Shown in pieces: positions 39,894-52,975 of a stretch of 64,000 nt of DNA. This stretch comes from Malacoraja senta. Its lineage: Eukaryota. The notes beneath the pieces are model-generated. The model searched no databases. It was not told where the DNA came from and was given only the letters and a program-made list of their open reading frames with translations. Location of the stretch: contig CM075998.1 of the NCBI GenBank assembly GCA_038087875.1, positions 2,668,001 to 2,732,000 on the forward strand, written 5' to 3'. The translations under genes and the position numbers were made by a program. Every line of letters begins with the position of its first letter. Position 1 is the first letter of the stretch.

Positions 39894-40227
39894 ACCTCCC
39901 CATATAGTTAACTCTTCACTGTCTCCTCAATTCAGGGACAATTAGGGATGGAATATAAACGCTTCCATTGCCAGTGACGCCTGCATCCCATCAACGAATT
40001 AAGAAGTACAGGGTTTCTGATCCAGGCGTGCATCTTAGACCGAAGATGCCTTTCCCCTTCGCCATTCTCGTTAACGCAGAATGATATGTGATACCCTGAA
40101 TAGCTCATCAGAACAAAGCAAGGTTGACAAAAAAAAGTAGGGGGTCCCCCTGCAGACGCCAAGGCAGATAGGCGGTGCTGGACTGGCTGTGATTTTATCA
40201 GAGGTCCCAAAAACATGTTTACTTTAT

Positions 40228-40522
40228 TTTTAGTTTAGAGATACAGCGCGGAAACAGGCCCCTTCGGCCCACGGAGTCCGCGCCGACCAGCGATCCCCGC
40301 ACACTTCAACTATCCTACTCACACTGGGGACAATTCACAATTTTTTGAACAGACCAATTAGCCTCCAAACCTGTACGTCTTTGGAGTGTGGGAGGAAACC
40401 GGAGCACCCGGAGAAAACCCACGCAGGTCACAGGGAGAACGTACAAACTCCGTGCAGACAACACCCGTAGTCAGGATCGAACCTGGGTCTCTGGCGTTAT
40501 AAGGCAGCAACTCTACCGCTGT
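40228..40522 (-). mobile_element. HE1-type V-SINE
   Basis: Reverse complement of head, V-domain and (TAAAC)-type tail. Confidence 0.8.
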
Positions 40523-41575
40523 GATCTTGAGATTATGTCAATGGAAATAAACAGCGGTGCTAAATATTGCATATAGTGATGAGAATACGACGTGGAAATA
40601 ATTGAACTCACCCTGGCCGGAATAATCAATAGATTGCTCTCAATTTATTGACTTAAGACAATACATCAATCAATTATCCATGCATAAATATATCTCATCA
40701 AAGGTTTTCTTATATAAATCGTCATTGGCTAGTGAATCAATTCACAATTCACAGATCCCATTAACCTGTGAATATTGTGGTGTTTGGAGAATTTCAGGGA
40801 CTTTCTCCCAAATACAGAGGAGATTCAAACGACGCGTTGGCTCACACTGTAGTTGATCGTTTTAGAGCCATGGGGTCATAGAGTAATACTGCGTGGAAAC
40901 AGACCCTTCGGCCCAACTTGCCCGCATCGGCCAACATGTCCCGGCTACACGAGTCCCACTTGTAATTTGGTCCATATCTCTCCAAATGTAGTGACTGAAC
41001 CGTCGTCAGTAAATATCCGCATTTAGCCATTTTAGATCACTCCCAAGCATCGAATGGGTTAACCGGTGATGGCACATCTTGGAGCAACGGGATGGTTTGT
41101 AAAACTTGTCAAATTCAACCTATGCCGATTGAAACGCCGAGGGAAAGGGCAAGCCCGAACTCGCACCGTTTTGGATTAGTTTAGTTCATTGTTTATTGGT
41201 TACCGAGGTACAGTGAAAGGTTGTCCTTATTGCCTGCTTCGCGCCGCACTTCAGGTTAATTCCACCAGAGGTCCCGCTCAATGGATGACATGAACGTTTT
41301 ATTTCTCTCGAAGATGGACACAAAATTCTGGAGTAGCTCAGCGGGCCAGGCAGCATCTCTGGAGAGAAGGAATGGGTGACGTTTCGGGTCGAGACCCGTC
41401 TTCAAACTTCTCTCCAGAGATGCTGCCTGTCCTGCTGAGTTACTCCAGCATTTTGTGTCTATCTTAGGTGTAAACCAGCATCTGCAGTTCCTTCCTACAC
41501 GTTTCAATTATCTTTCTCTCTTTCTCCCCTCCTGTCGATTTGTAAACATATCGACTGAGATATGTTTACCAAAGA

Positions 41576-41852
41576 AGACTGCAACGACCAGGTTCAGGAA
41601 TAGCTACTTCCCCACAACCATCAGGCTATTAAACTTGGCTCGGACAAAACTCTGAACATTAATAGCCCATTATCTGTTATTTGCACTTCATCAGTTTATT
41701 TATTCGTGTGTGTATATATTTATATAATGGTATATGGACACACTGATCTGTTTTGTAGTTAATGCCTACTATGTTCTGTTGTGCTGAAGCAAAGCAAGAA
41801 TGTCATTGTCCTATCAGGGACACATGACAATAAACTCACTTGTATCTTGACT
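41576..41852 (+). mobile_element. Rex1/Babar-type LINE 3' fragment
   Basis: TATTRFRNSYFPTTIRLLN followed by a 3' UTR with AATAAA. Confidence 0.7.
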
Positions 41853-43296
41853 GAGAGTGGAGTGTGGGGTCACGGCATGAAAGGACAGACTTCCTTGGTC
41901 ATTGAGATCACGAGGGTTTAGTGAATGCAAACTAACCTGGTCCTTGGGATGGGGTGGCTTTACAACGCGTGGCTGGGGTGGTAGAGAGGGGTTACTCCGT
42001 ATCTGCCTCTGGTGCAGTTGTGTGTTTCATAGTAAGACCTACACCCTACGAGAAGCCAACAACGGCCCGCTGACAGCCGAGGAGCTAAACGTAACCCATC
42101 TATGTCCCAATCCCGAAGATTTGGGGAATTAACACCGAACAACTTTAAAATCAAACTCAAACACAGGGAAAGCAGGACTCCTATTACTGTCGGTAGTGCT
42201 GAGACGCGTTGTTAATAGCTGTAACCACGTTCTAAATGTGTTGAGAAGGGAGCGAGAGAATAAAAGATTCGACCATGTACCAAGAGGATAGGAAATCTTG
42301 GCGAGTGGGCCTGATAGTTGTGAGATTTGCCATTGACCTCAATTCCATAACACAGCCACGCTTTCCCATTTACGGCACCGAGACAGCGGCGGACACAAGT
42401 CAGGCGTTTCAAATTTCCAGCTCTTTGGAATTCTTGCCTCTGAAATAGTTGGGAAATTCCAAATTACATCACTATATTAGTCACAACAAGTTATCGTTGT
42501 TGATATGTGTAAGAAGGAATTGCAGATGCTGGTTTAAACTGAAGATAGACACAATATGCTGGAGTAACTCAGCGGGACAGGCAGCATCTCTGGAGACAAG
42601 GAATGGGTGACGTTTCGGGTCGAGACCCCTCCCTACCAGTCGGAAGAGAGCTAGATAGGGCTCTTAAAGATAACGGAGTCAGGGGATATGGGGAGAAGGC
42701 AGAAACGGGATACTGGTTGTGGATGATCAGCCATTGAATGGCGGTGCTGGGTCGTAGGGCCGAATGGCCTACTCCTGCACCTATTGTCTATTGTCTATTG
42801 TCTATTGTCTATTGTCTATTGTCTCCAGAGATGCCGCCTGTCCCGCTGAGTTTCTCCAGCTTTTTGTATCGTTGTTCATATGCTGCTTTGACAAGTCAGG
42901 ATCCTTGTACACTCTTGAATCCTACCAGCCAAGTAAAACGAGAAACCGCTAGCTGAAGGTTTCACAGATCGCTGCCAATTCATGGATCCATTAATCAGAT
43001 GGATTGCAGCACCGACACGGCGGGATGCCAACAATTTACATAGGCGACACGAAGCCCTAGACAGTTGATAATGAATCAGTAACCAAGTGATAAATGTCAT
43101 TCTCAACAAGTATGCCTGTTTCATTTCGATACGTGGTAGAGTATCTCTGACCTGGCTTTTTAGGACTATCGGGAGAAAAAGATTGCCACGTTTGTTGGGA
43201 CCTCTAACAGGCGACAATTGAAACCGATTAGAAAGCGCTGAAGACAGAGGAGCTCACAGAATTATTAAGAGACTTGGTTGGATTTAGACACGAAGG

Positions 43297-43553
43297 GCTG
43301 GAGTAACTCAGCGGGTCAGGCAGCATCTGTGGAGAACATGGATAGGTGACGTTTCACAGAGTGCTGGAGTAACTCAGCGGGTCAGGCAGCATCTGTGGAG
43401 AACATGGATAGGTGACGTTTCACAGAGTGCTGGAGTAACTCAGCGGGTCAGGCAGCATCTGTGGAGAACATGGATAGGTGACGTTTCACAGAGTGCTGGA
43501 GTAACTCAGCGGGTCAGGCAGCATCTGTGGAGAACATGATGAGGTGACGTTTC
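43297..43553 (-). repeat. Tandem array, 4 x 66 bp (same unit)
   Basis: gctggagtaactcagcggg... recurs at 43297, 43363, 43429 and 43495; followed by a hammerhead core (43546-43573) and an inverted arm to about 43728. Confidence 0.95.
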
Positions 43554-44672
43554 GGGTTGAGACCCTTCTTCAGACTGAGTCTGAAGTCTGAGTTTGAGTC
43601 TAAAGAAGAATCTCGACCCAAAACGTCACCTATCCACGTTCTCCAGAGATGCTGCCTGACCCGCTGAGTTACTCCAGCACTTCGTGTCTTTTTGTTTTGT
43701 AAACCAGCATTCGCAGTTCCTTGTTTCCAGCTGCTTAAACGCAGAATGCACTCCCACCCCTGGTCATTTCTCCGCTCAGAGAGCGGCCCTGTATCCTGCG
43801 TTGTGCGGCGTTTGGAACTATGTCCAAGTTTTAGCGATGTTGGATCAGACGCTCAGTTAAACACCTTTCCCAAATCCTTCTGACAAAGAACAGAAGTGTA
43901 AGATTTATGGCTACACATCTAAAAAGATGAGTCGGCTCCACTCCCTTTAAAACTGGGAATGCAACTGTGTTGCAAACGCGAATACACATGCATGCACCGC
44001 CAAAATATGTGGTGGGATGCGTCCACGTGTAGGCCCGCCCTTGTATAGACACCGACCACGCGTCCATGTATAGAAAGCCCCCCTCGTATACATACCGAGC
44101 ACACGTCTACACTTCCACGTGTAGAGGAGGCGCCCTCGTATATCACCTAAATGGCTGTGGAAGCCGTCAGTGGATATTTTAAAGGCAGAAATAGATAGAT
44201 TCTTGATTAGCACGGGTGTCAGGGAGAAGGCAGGGGAATGGGGCGAGGAGGGACATATGGAGCAGCCATGATTCAATGGCGTAGACTTGACGGGCCGAAT
44301 GACCCAATACGAAAGACGGGTAGGCACAGCAATCTCCACAACAGTGCAACCCACTTCTTTTGCAGCAACGAGGAACTGCAGATGTTGATTTATACCAAAG
44401 GTAGACACAAAGTGCTGGAGTGACTCAGCGGGTCAAGCAGCATCACCGGAGGAAAAGGATGGGCAACGTTTCGGGTCGGTGCCCTTCAGTCTGGAGAAAG
44501 GTCCCAACCCGAAATGTCACCCATCATTTTTTGTCCAGAGATGTTGCATGACCCGCTGAGTTACTCCAGCATTTTGTGTCTATCAACCCATTTTCTTTGA
44601 CTGGATAGCCCTCAAACAAACGCCTTTCACTGTACCTTGGTACGCGTCAATATAATAAACTAAGCTAAACCC

Positions 44673-44850
<178 letters not shown>

Positions 44851-45502
44851 CCCTCGCAACCTACACAATCCCATGCACCCCTTATTCTACACTTGCGCTC
44901 AGCCACTCACTCCGTGCATACATAGATGCCCATGTACCTGTTCATGTATCCCAGGCACATTCGATCGATGCATAAGTAACACCCATCCCCTGTACACACA
45001 CCATCCAAGTGCAAGCCCCACACACACTCGGCTCTCCAAACACATAAAGCTACATACACGACACCCCCCCCCCCCAGCTCCATTCACTCGCCTGAACCCT
45101 AACACGCGAACACACAGAAACTTTTATGTCCCGGCGCCTAAAAGGTCATAAGATCCCCTTCCACTCCCACAGAGTATGTTTATTCAACGCACGCTCCCGA
45201 TGTTGCCCGCAGGTGCAGGCAGTGGAAATTCCCCAGCACCGCCCGCCCGTCAGCCCTCAGCTACACAAGTTCAAAGAAAGATTGCAGTAACACATTTTTA
45301 AATCGTTTAAGTTGTGCAATGTGCTGCATTTGTGGTCTCAACTAGTAGCACATCATGTGTTATGGGTGTCCCCAATCAGCAACGCGAACAAGCCAAGCGA
45401 TTCGGACACCCCCTCTACTCAAAAAATAATTACAAAGTCTGAACACGCTTCTAACAGTCTATTTCCCTTACTAATTTATTAGAAACAGTTTCTGAAAACA
45501 TA

Positions 45503-46006
45503 TTTAGTTTAGAGATACAGTGTGGAAACAGACCCTTCGGCCCTTCGACCCTTCGGAAACAGACTCTCTGCCTCAGAGGGCTGTGGAGGCAGGTTCTCTG
45601 GATGCTTTCAAGAGAGAGCTAGATAGGGCTCTTAAAAATAGCGGAGTCAGGGGATATGGGGAGAAGGCAGGAATGGGTTACTGATTGGGGATGATCAGCC
45701 ATGATCACATTGAATGGCGGTGCTGGCTCGAAGGGCCGAATGGCCTACTCCTGCACCTATTGTCTATTGTCTATTGTCTATTGGCCCACCGAGTCCACAC
45801 CAACCAACAACCACCCCGCTCACTGGTTCCATCCGACACACTCGGGACAATTTACAAAAGCTAATTAACCTGCAAATCGACAAGCCTTTGGAGTGTGCGA
45901 GGAAACCCGAGCACCCGAAGGAAGCCCAGGCGGTCATAAGGAGAACGTGCAAACTCCGGACAGGCAACCCACAGTCAGGATCGAACCCGCGTCTCTGGCG
46001 CTGTAA
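45503..46006 (-). mobile_element. HE1-type V-SINE interrupted by a CR1 fragment (45566-45782)
   Basis: Tail at 45503-45545; body resumes at 45783 (ggcccaccgagtcc). Confidence 0.7.
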
Positions 46007-46008
46007 TT

Positions 46009-46235
46009 CCCCTGTCCCACTTAGGAAACCTGAACGGAGACCTCTGGAGACTTTGCGCCCCACCCAAGGTTTCCCTGCGGTTCCCGGAGGTTCCCGGAGG
46101 TTTTTGTCAGTCTCCCTACCTGCTTCCACTACCTGCAACCTCCGGCAACCACCTGCAACCTCCGGGAACCGCACGGAAACCTTGGGTGGGGCGCAAAGTC
46201 TCCAGAGGTTTCCGTTCAGGTTTCCTAAGTGGGAC
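46009..46235. mobile_element. MITE-like element with long terminal inverted repeats
   Basis: Arms of about 78 bp (gtcccacttaggaaacctgaacgg...cccggaggtt) with 2 mismatches around a short spacer. Confidence 0.8.
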
Positions 46236-47221
46236 GCTAGCGGACGCAGAATATCCAAACTTTGCAAGGCTTCACACTAAATCCTAAAAAGCTGTACGTA
46301 CTTGTTATGTGTGAAATGCCCGCTGAGGACCACCATACTAAAGTCATGAGCTATCCATCATCATTGAAAACCAGCCCCTACCCCTAATACTGCCAGCGTG
46401 CCCATCGTCCCCTGTCACACAACCCTGACCCTGAACACTGAATCAATCGTAAGGTGAATACGACTTTGCATATACACAGACACGCGGGTGGCACGCGTGC
46501 ATGGACTCAACATGTACAGAAATTAGGTTACAATTCTACACCTGCAAACACATACAAACCCACGTCTATACATACAGGTATTTATAGACAGGTACGTCCA
46601 AACATGTATTGATGCATAAACATATGCCGAAACAGACATGCACACGTGTACATGCATGCATATACACATACACGCGTAGACATGTGAACATGCACCAATG
46701 CATGCAAACGAACAGATGCATACGTTATTAAATGGCACACGAGATGGCACACGAGGACATATATAGACACAAGATAGACACAAAAAGCTGGAGTAACTCA
46801 GCGAGTCAGACAGCATCTCTGGAGACAAGGAATAGGTGACGTTTCTGGTCGAGACCCTTCACCTGTTCCTTCTCTCCAGAGCTTCTGCCTGTCCCGCTGA
46901 GTCACTCCAAGATTTTGTGTCTATCTTCGATTTAAACCAGCAACTGCACTTCCTTCCTACACATACGGAAACACAAACGTGCATATATGTGTATGCACAC
47001 TTGCACACATTCACACGAACATGCACATATACGCACATATACACGCATACGCATGCATGCATGAATACGTTCTCACGTACGAACGCACATGCACGGACAC
47101 ACACAAAATTACACATTCACTAGTGCAGGCGCCGTCTTTCACTCCAACTCCGGTCTGGTGGGCACAAATGCGCACCGATTCTTCCAACAACACGTAAAAC
47201 GTCGATTTTTTTTCCATTCCA

Positions 47222-47227
47222 TTTATT
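47222..47227 (-). terminator. Probable Wnt6 polyadenylation signal AATAAA (3' UTR about 47200-48159)
   Basis: Minus-strand AATAAA at the end of an AT-rich unique tract, followed about 25 nt later by a GT/T-rich stretch (GTTTTACGTGTTGTTGG). Confidence 0.55.
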
Positions 47228-47420
47228 ATGCAGTATTTTCTATAGTTTTTTTTTGGTACAAATACTTGGTGAATGAAAAATAATGCAGTAGTTCTAAAAA
47301 GTGATCTCTTGTTTTAAATAACCCAGGTTCTCACCTATTGCTATTTAGTTCGAACTCTAGGAACATGACAATGTCGTTTAACAAAGGTCGCCTTCCATCC
47401 CCTCGAACTGGGCAGCTAAT

Positions 47421-47751
47421 TTACAATACAATACAATTTATTTGTCATTTGGACCCCGTTGAGGTCCAAACGAAATGTCGTTTCTGCAGCCATACATTAC
47501 AAAACGAAGAAGACCCGAGACACAACACAATTTACACATACATCCATCACAGCGCTGTGATGGAAGGCAAAAAAACTTATCTTCCCACTGCACTCCCCCA
47601 TGTCAGAGTCAAAGTCAAAGTCAAAGCCCCCGGCGGGCGATGGTGATTGTCCCGCGGCCATTAAAGCTACGCCGGGTGATGCAAGGTCGCGCACCGGGTC
47701 TTGGTGTTAGAGCCCCGGCGCGCGCTCGCAAAGTCCCGGCGAGGGAACATT
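47421..47751 (-). mobile_element. Retroelement 3' fragment inside the predicted Wnt6 3' UTR
   Basis: Minus-strand AATAAA followed by a (TTGTA)n tail; GC-rich body; 16-bp duplication ccggcgagggaacatt at the other junction. Confidence 0.6.
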
Positions 47752-48159
47752 AATTGCCGGCGAGGGAACATTTTACACCAATGCAAAAATAGTTCTATAT
47801 GAGTTCAGGGAGAAATAATATCGTATATTCCTCCTTTTAATTGTTTATAGTTCCATGCTACGCGTAACCAACTCCCCCCCCCCCCCACCCTAACCCTCCC
47901 TTCCCACAGCAGGTCTGTACATTGTTGATTGCCGTGTGAAGATGTTCCTTTCCTTGTCCTATGGTAATGCTCCAAGCGCAGACGGAGGCGACAAGTATCT
48001 CTCTCTCCAGTCGAGGTGGGACTGGGCGGAGGAGTCTCGCTTGCAATGAATTTCCCCGCGAAGTTGCAAACATCCTCCAATCCGAAATGTTATCTTTGGT
48101 TAATATTTCTTCAGTTGTCAGGTAACATATGATCATGTCCTTGGAGCGCCATCTTTTAC

Positions 48160-48621
48160 CTAAGCGCAGACGCTGAGCTCCTTTCTGACAGTACATTGCT
48201 TGCACTGGACCACGCAACACCAGTGGAAACGGCACTTGCAGTTCTCCTGAAAGCTCACGGTCTCTTTCTGGTGACCCCGGCCGCAACAGAGCAGATCGCA
48301 GCCGCTGACGTCCTGCGCCGTCCCGTTGCACACTCGGCCCCGTGTCCCCGGGGCGCCCACGCGTCTGTTGGGCAGACAGAAATCGGGGGACTCGGCAGAG
48401 TAAACCAGGTCCTGTTTGTCGGGCTGTTTGATGTTGTGTCCCACCGGTATCAGCGTCTTTCCGTCGTTACCGCCCATCACCTTGAAAGCTCCATTGAAAC
48501 GCTCGAAGAGTCGGTCACCCACCTCTCGAAAGTGAGGCATCTTCTCCCAGCAGGTTTTGAGTGAACATGAGCCGGACAACCCGTGGCACTTGCATTCAGT
48601 CCGCATGTAGTTCTCAATCAT
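48160..48621 (-). CDS. wnt6: Wnt6 last coding exon (C-terminal 153 aa plus TAG stop)
   Basis: Translates MIENYMRTECKCHGLSGSC...FNGAFKVMGGNDGKTLIPVG...CNGTAQDVSGCDLLCCGRG...ENCKCRFHWCCVVQCKQCTVRKELSVCA*. It contains the Wnt acylation motif CKCHGxSGSC and the C-terminal Cys pattern; MRTECKCHGLSG, VMGGNDGK and RFHWCCVVQC are typical of Wnt6. Acceptor ctttcctccttaattgcag|ATG at 48622/48621, phase 0. Confidence 0.95.
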   Translation of the reverse strand: MIENYMRTECKCHGLSGSCSLKTCWEKMPHFREVGDRLFERFNGAFKVMGGNDGKTLIPVGHNIKQPDKQDLVYSAESPDFCLPNRRVGAPGTRGRVCNGTAQDVSGCDLLCCGRGHQKETVSFQENCKCRFHWCCVVQCKQCTVRKELSVCA

Positions 48622-49041
48622 CTGCAATTAAGGAGGAAAGTGTAGGTACAGAGGTAAGTTCAACTTGAAACTACATCCCTAGACACAAAGAACTGCAGAT
48701 GCTGTACTGTGCAGATGTGAACTACTATCTACCTCGTTGAACTACTGTCTACCTCGTTGGTGACGCTCGGACTGTCTGAAGAAGAGTCTCGACCCGAAAC
48801 CGGAGTCTAAAGAAGGGTCTCGACCCGAAACGTCACCCATTCCTTCTCTCCAGAGATGCTGCCTGTCCCGTTGAGTTACTACAGCTTTTTGTGACTATCT
48901 CGGACTATTTTGATCGGTCATTGCTGGCTTTACCTTGTAACGTTGTTCCCTTATCTTGTATCAGTACAAACGGCTCGATTGTAATCAGGTATTGTCTTTC
49001 TGTGACAATACACTAAACTGTAATCCGGTGCTGCAGAGTTT

Positions 49042-49392
49042 TGGAGGAACAGCATCTCATATTTTGCTTCGGCAGCTTACAACCCAGCGGTATGAACATC
49101 GAATTCTCTCATTTTAAGTAACTTTTACTAACACCCACCCCTATGTCCCGTTCCTTCTAGTTATTTAGGCAGTTCCACGGTTGACCATATTGTATCACAC
49201 CTTCTCTAGCCAACAATGAGTCTACCAGGGCACCAACCAGCCTGGTTGCTCCTGTTCTTTTCTCGCCTCCAGCTCTTCACCCTCTCCTGCACCCCCTACT
49301 TTCCGTCTGAAGAAGGGCCCCGATCCGAAAAGTCAACTATCCCTTTTCTCCAGAGATGCTACCTGACCTGCTGAGTTATCCCTGCGCTTTGT
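49042..49392 (+). mobile_element. Penelope-like element 3' fragment
   Basis: ttggaggaacagcatctcatattttgcttcggcagcttacaacccagcggtatgaacatcgaattc (LEEQHLIFCFGSLQPSGMNIEF), then a degenerate hammerhead core at about 49307. Confidence 0.75.
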
Positions 49393-49977
49393 GGATGTTT
49401 TCAAGAGAGAGTTAGATTTAGTTATTGGGGCTAAAGGAATCAAGAGATATGGGGGAAAAAAGTAGGAACGGGGTACTGATTGGGGATGATCAGCCGTGAT
49501 CACATTGAATGGCGGTGCTGGCTCGAAGGGCCCGAATGGCCTGTTCCTGCACCTATTTTTCTATGTTTCTATGTGTCAATCTTTGGTATAAACCAGCACC
49601 CGCAACTCTTTGTTTCTACCTCCAGAGATGCTGCCTGAATCGATCAGTAACTCCAGCATCGTGAGTGGAACAGTTAGAAATGACAGTTTGGGTTTCTGCA
49701 GCGCCTCGCAGGGCTTCTCAGAGCGCTTTGCCAACAGCGAAGTCGCTGCTGAGATCGGGAGACTCTGGACAACCAGTCGGTGCATCTGAAGATCCCACAG
49801 ACAGACATGTGCTAATCGGAATGCCCCAGCAGCTGATGAGCCTCCGAGACACGAGAATGGTGGAAACACTGCTGGTTTACACCGAAGATAGACACAAGTC
49901 AGGGGACTAGTTTCTCTGACTAGTTTCATTAAATATTACTGATTGTATGGTACCTTGGCACCTGCCCCATAGCTAAA

Positions 49978-50189
49978 AATGTACCATTTTAGAGACACAG
50001 AGTGCTGGAGTGACTCAGCGGTTCACGCAGCATCTCTGGACAGAAGGAATGGGTGACGTTTCGGGTCGAGACGTCTGAACAAGGACGAAACGTCACCCAT
50101 TCCTTTTCTCCAGAGATGCTGCCTGTCCCGCTGTGTCACTCCAGCATTTTGTGCATCAAACCAGCATCAACACAATGTACCATTTTAGA
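49978..50189 (+). mobile_element. Penelope terminal-repeat fold-back element with 16-bp TSD
   Basis: TSD aatgtaccattttaga at 49978-49993 and 50174-50189. Confidence 0.8.
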
Positions 50190-51517
50190 TCTCGGAGAAA
50201 ACCCCACGCAGGTCACGGGGAGAACGTACAAACTCCGAACAGAGAACACCCGTGGTCAGGATCGAACCCGGGTCTCTGGCGCTGTGAGGCAGCAACTCTA
50301 CCGCTGCGCCACCCCGCCGCCCTGTGTCTATGCTAACGTAGTGCCATGGGATATTTTGCACATTCGCCTGAGATGGCAAATGGTGCCTCGATTTCACAGT
50401 GCGGCACTTGCTCGGTATTGCCCTGTCGTGCCGCCTTCATCTTTGCTCTCAATGTCTCTAGAGTGGGTGTTTCATTCATTCCGATGTACGTTACATGACA
50501 ATCTACATCGGCTGCAAACTGTTTCCAGATGTCCTGAAAGCCGCTTCACAATTGCAAGTCTTCTCTATGTTTACTGTAACTGAGATTCATATAAACAACA
50601 ACGTTTAACTGATTTACCAGACGAAGCAATTTAACCCGTGCACGAACTTGGTCTGATGAATCAGTAAACAGATCGGGGATTGCCTGATGTGCATTACATA
50701 TTAGTGCAGGCAGGAGATACACAGGCAGTTGATGTGCATGTGTGTGAGAGAATTGATTACAGGGAGATAAGTGGGGAGGAGGGGGTGGTGAGGGCAAGGG
50801 ATTAATGGAAGTTGCATAAGAACTAGCAAATATTTGATGGCCTCCTTCAGCATGGTAATAATATATGAAGGATAAAGCCTATTAGCAATTGCATGCTTCT
50901 AATGCATTGAATTAGTCCGTTTCCTATGAAATGACAAATAAGTGTAGTCCTCAGTGGGAGTAGAATTATTTTTTTGTTAGAACACACTTGAAAACTGTGT
51001 ACAGTTTTGGCTGCCACACAATTGGAACCATGAGGTAGCAATCCATATAGAGAGAGTGCAGAAGGGATTCACCATGATGTTGTCCAGAATGGAAGGCTGT
51101 TGGAGGATAACAATGGAAGGAGACATTGGATGAATGGATTTATACTCAATGGGACATACTGTAGGAGGTTGTGGGATGACTTTATAGAGGCTCACAAAAT
51201 TATGAAAGGCATAGATAAGATAGATAGTCAGAATCTTCGTTTTTCCCCAAGGCAGAGGAGTCTAGAATTAGAGGTTACAGGTTTAAGATGAGAGGGGCAA
51301 AGCTGAGGTATCTGCACTAAATGCTTCACCACTCATCAGTGACTGATGAAAATATAGTGGTGCTTCCACAGTAGCACAATGTAGACATATTCTTTGGTCT
51401 ACTTTGGCTAAGCTGACCAAAGTAGTTATTTCCCTGCAAAGTGCTTTATGATGCCCGACTAGAATACGTTCCACTGTTGTGTCTGCGTTCTGATTGAATG
51501 ACATGTGCTTGAAGAAT

Positions 51518-51749
51518 ATTTAAAGAATGTTAGAGACAAAACACTGCAGTAATTCAGCGGGACAGGCAGCCTCTCTGGAGAGAAGGAATGGGTGACGTTT
51601 CGGGTCGAGACCCTTCTTCAGACCAGAAACGTCACCCATTCCTACTCTCCAGAAATGCTGCCTGTCCGGCTGAGTTACTCCAGCTTTTTGTGTCTATCTT
51701 CGATTTAAACCAGCACCTGCAGTTCCTTCTTACACATTTAAAGAATGTT
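51518..51749 (+). mobile_element. Penelope terminal-repeat fold-back element with 14-bp TSD
   Basis: TSD atttaaagaatgtt at 51518-51531 and 51736-51749. Confidence 0.85.
51594..51621 (-). ncRNA. Minimal hammerhead ribozyme motif, sense to the Wnt6 pre-mRNA
   Basis: Exact reverse complement of the core, inside the Wnt6 last intron. Confidence 0.6.
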
Positions 51750-52747
51750 CAAAAATAGGTTCTAAAATATCTTGTGTCGGAAAAGAATGTGGTCAAAAAG
51801 ATTGTGTTTGAATGTTCCAAAGTGGACCTGATTAAATGTTGAAAAATAATACATCTATTGTTTTAGAAAACATGTTCTAAAACAGTGTTAAGGTTTTAAG
51901 AAACTGTTTGCATGGGTAAAAATGCACTTGGAAGAATGTTATTTGTATGCATTTAAACATTGTGGCCTCAAAGAACACTTTTATAAAATGTTCCAAAAAT
52001 GTGTTTGTGTTCTTAAATAATGTGCTCCAGATATATATTTAAAATTTCACTTGTAGTTCCAAACAAAGGAAATCTTCACTACCACAGCTAGAATGTTGTT
52101 ACACATTGTGCCCACAGGAATTCTTACCCCCACATGAGCTGACTACCTTAACAACCACACACTCACATTTGACAGCAAAAGATTGCTCTGGATAATCAGC
52201 AGATTGCAACGAATCGGCTCTTTTTAAAGTCCAACACTGCAAATATTTATATCAAATTACTTTACCTGTATTTAGTAATCTAGGGAATAATAAATTCTCT
52301 CTGTTGGCTCTTTCTACAGACATGGGCACTGACCTGAAACAATGAAGTTTCTGTGTCCCAATCTACATACTGGGTCCATCAGTAACTTCAATCTATCCCT
52401 CAATTGTTCCGAATCTGTTCAGTTATGCATTTTGCAATGAGATTGCTTCCATCTACTATAGCTGTAATTGGATTTTACTTCATTAAATATTTACTTAATT
52501 AAAACATTTCAAAAGGATTTGAATGGGTAAGCAGCTTAACTATTAAGCATGATGTAGATATTCAAGGCATCTTTTGCTAACTTATATGTACAGCATCAGA
52601 ATTCTGTGTATGTAAAAGCACACATTAAGTTGCAAATTAGATGTTTGAAAAACACAACTTTAAGCTACTTGTGAAGGATTCCTTTTTACTGTAACTTTAG
52701 CTAATCACATTGATAAGTATTCCACAGGCCCCCATTGAAATTTGAAA

Positions 52748-52975
52748 TTTAGTTTAGTTTATTGTCACGTGTACCATGGTACAGTGAACGGCAGTTTTGT
52801 TACGTGCTATCCAGTCAGCGGAAAGACTATACATGATTACAATCAAGTTGACCACAGTGTACAGGTTCAGGGTAAAGGGACTAAAGTTTAATGCAAGATA
52901 AAGTCCAGTAAAGTCTGATCAAAGATAGTCCGAGGGTCTCCAATGAGGTAGATGGTAGATCAGGACCACTCTCAA
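52748..52975 (-). mobile_element. Rex1/Babar-like 3' UTR fragment (family also at about 16670, 17030, 35570, 48715 and 61512)
   Basis: Recurrent tail tttattgtcacgtgtacc(g/a)(a/t)ggtacagtgaa with (TAAAC)n end. Confidence 0.55.

Noticed and set aside
48196..48564. Antisense and alternative-frame ORFs over the Wnt6 exons (also 47858-48331, 60261-60551)
   Set aside because: Shadows of GC-rich coding sequence.
51750..52060. AT-rich tract with recurring AATGTT
   Set aside because: No consistent period; treated as low complexity.
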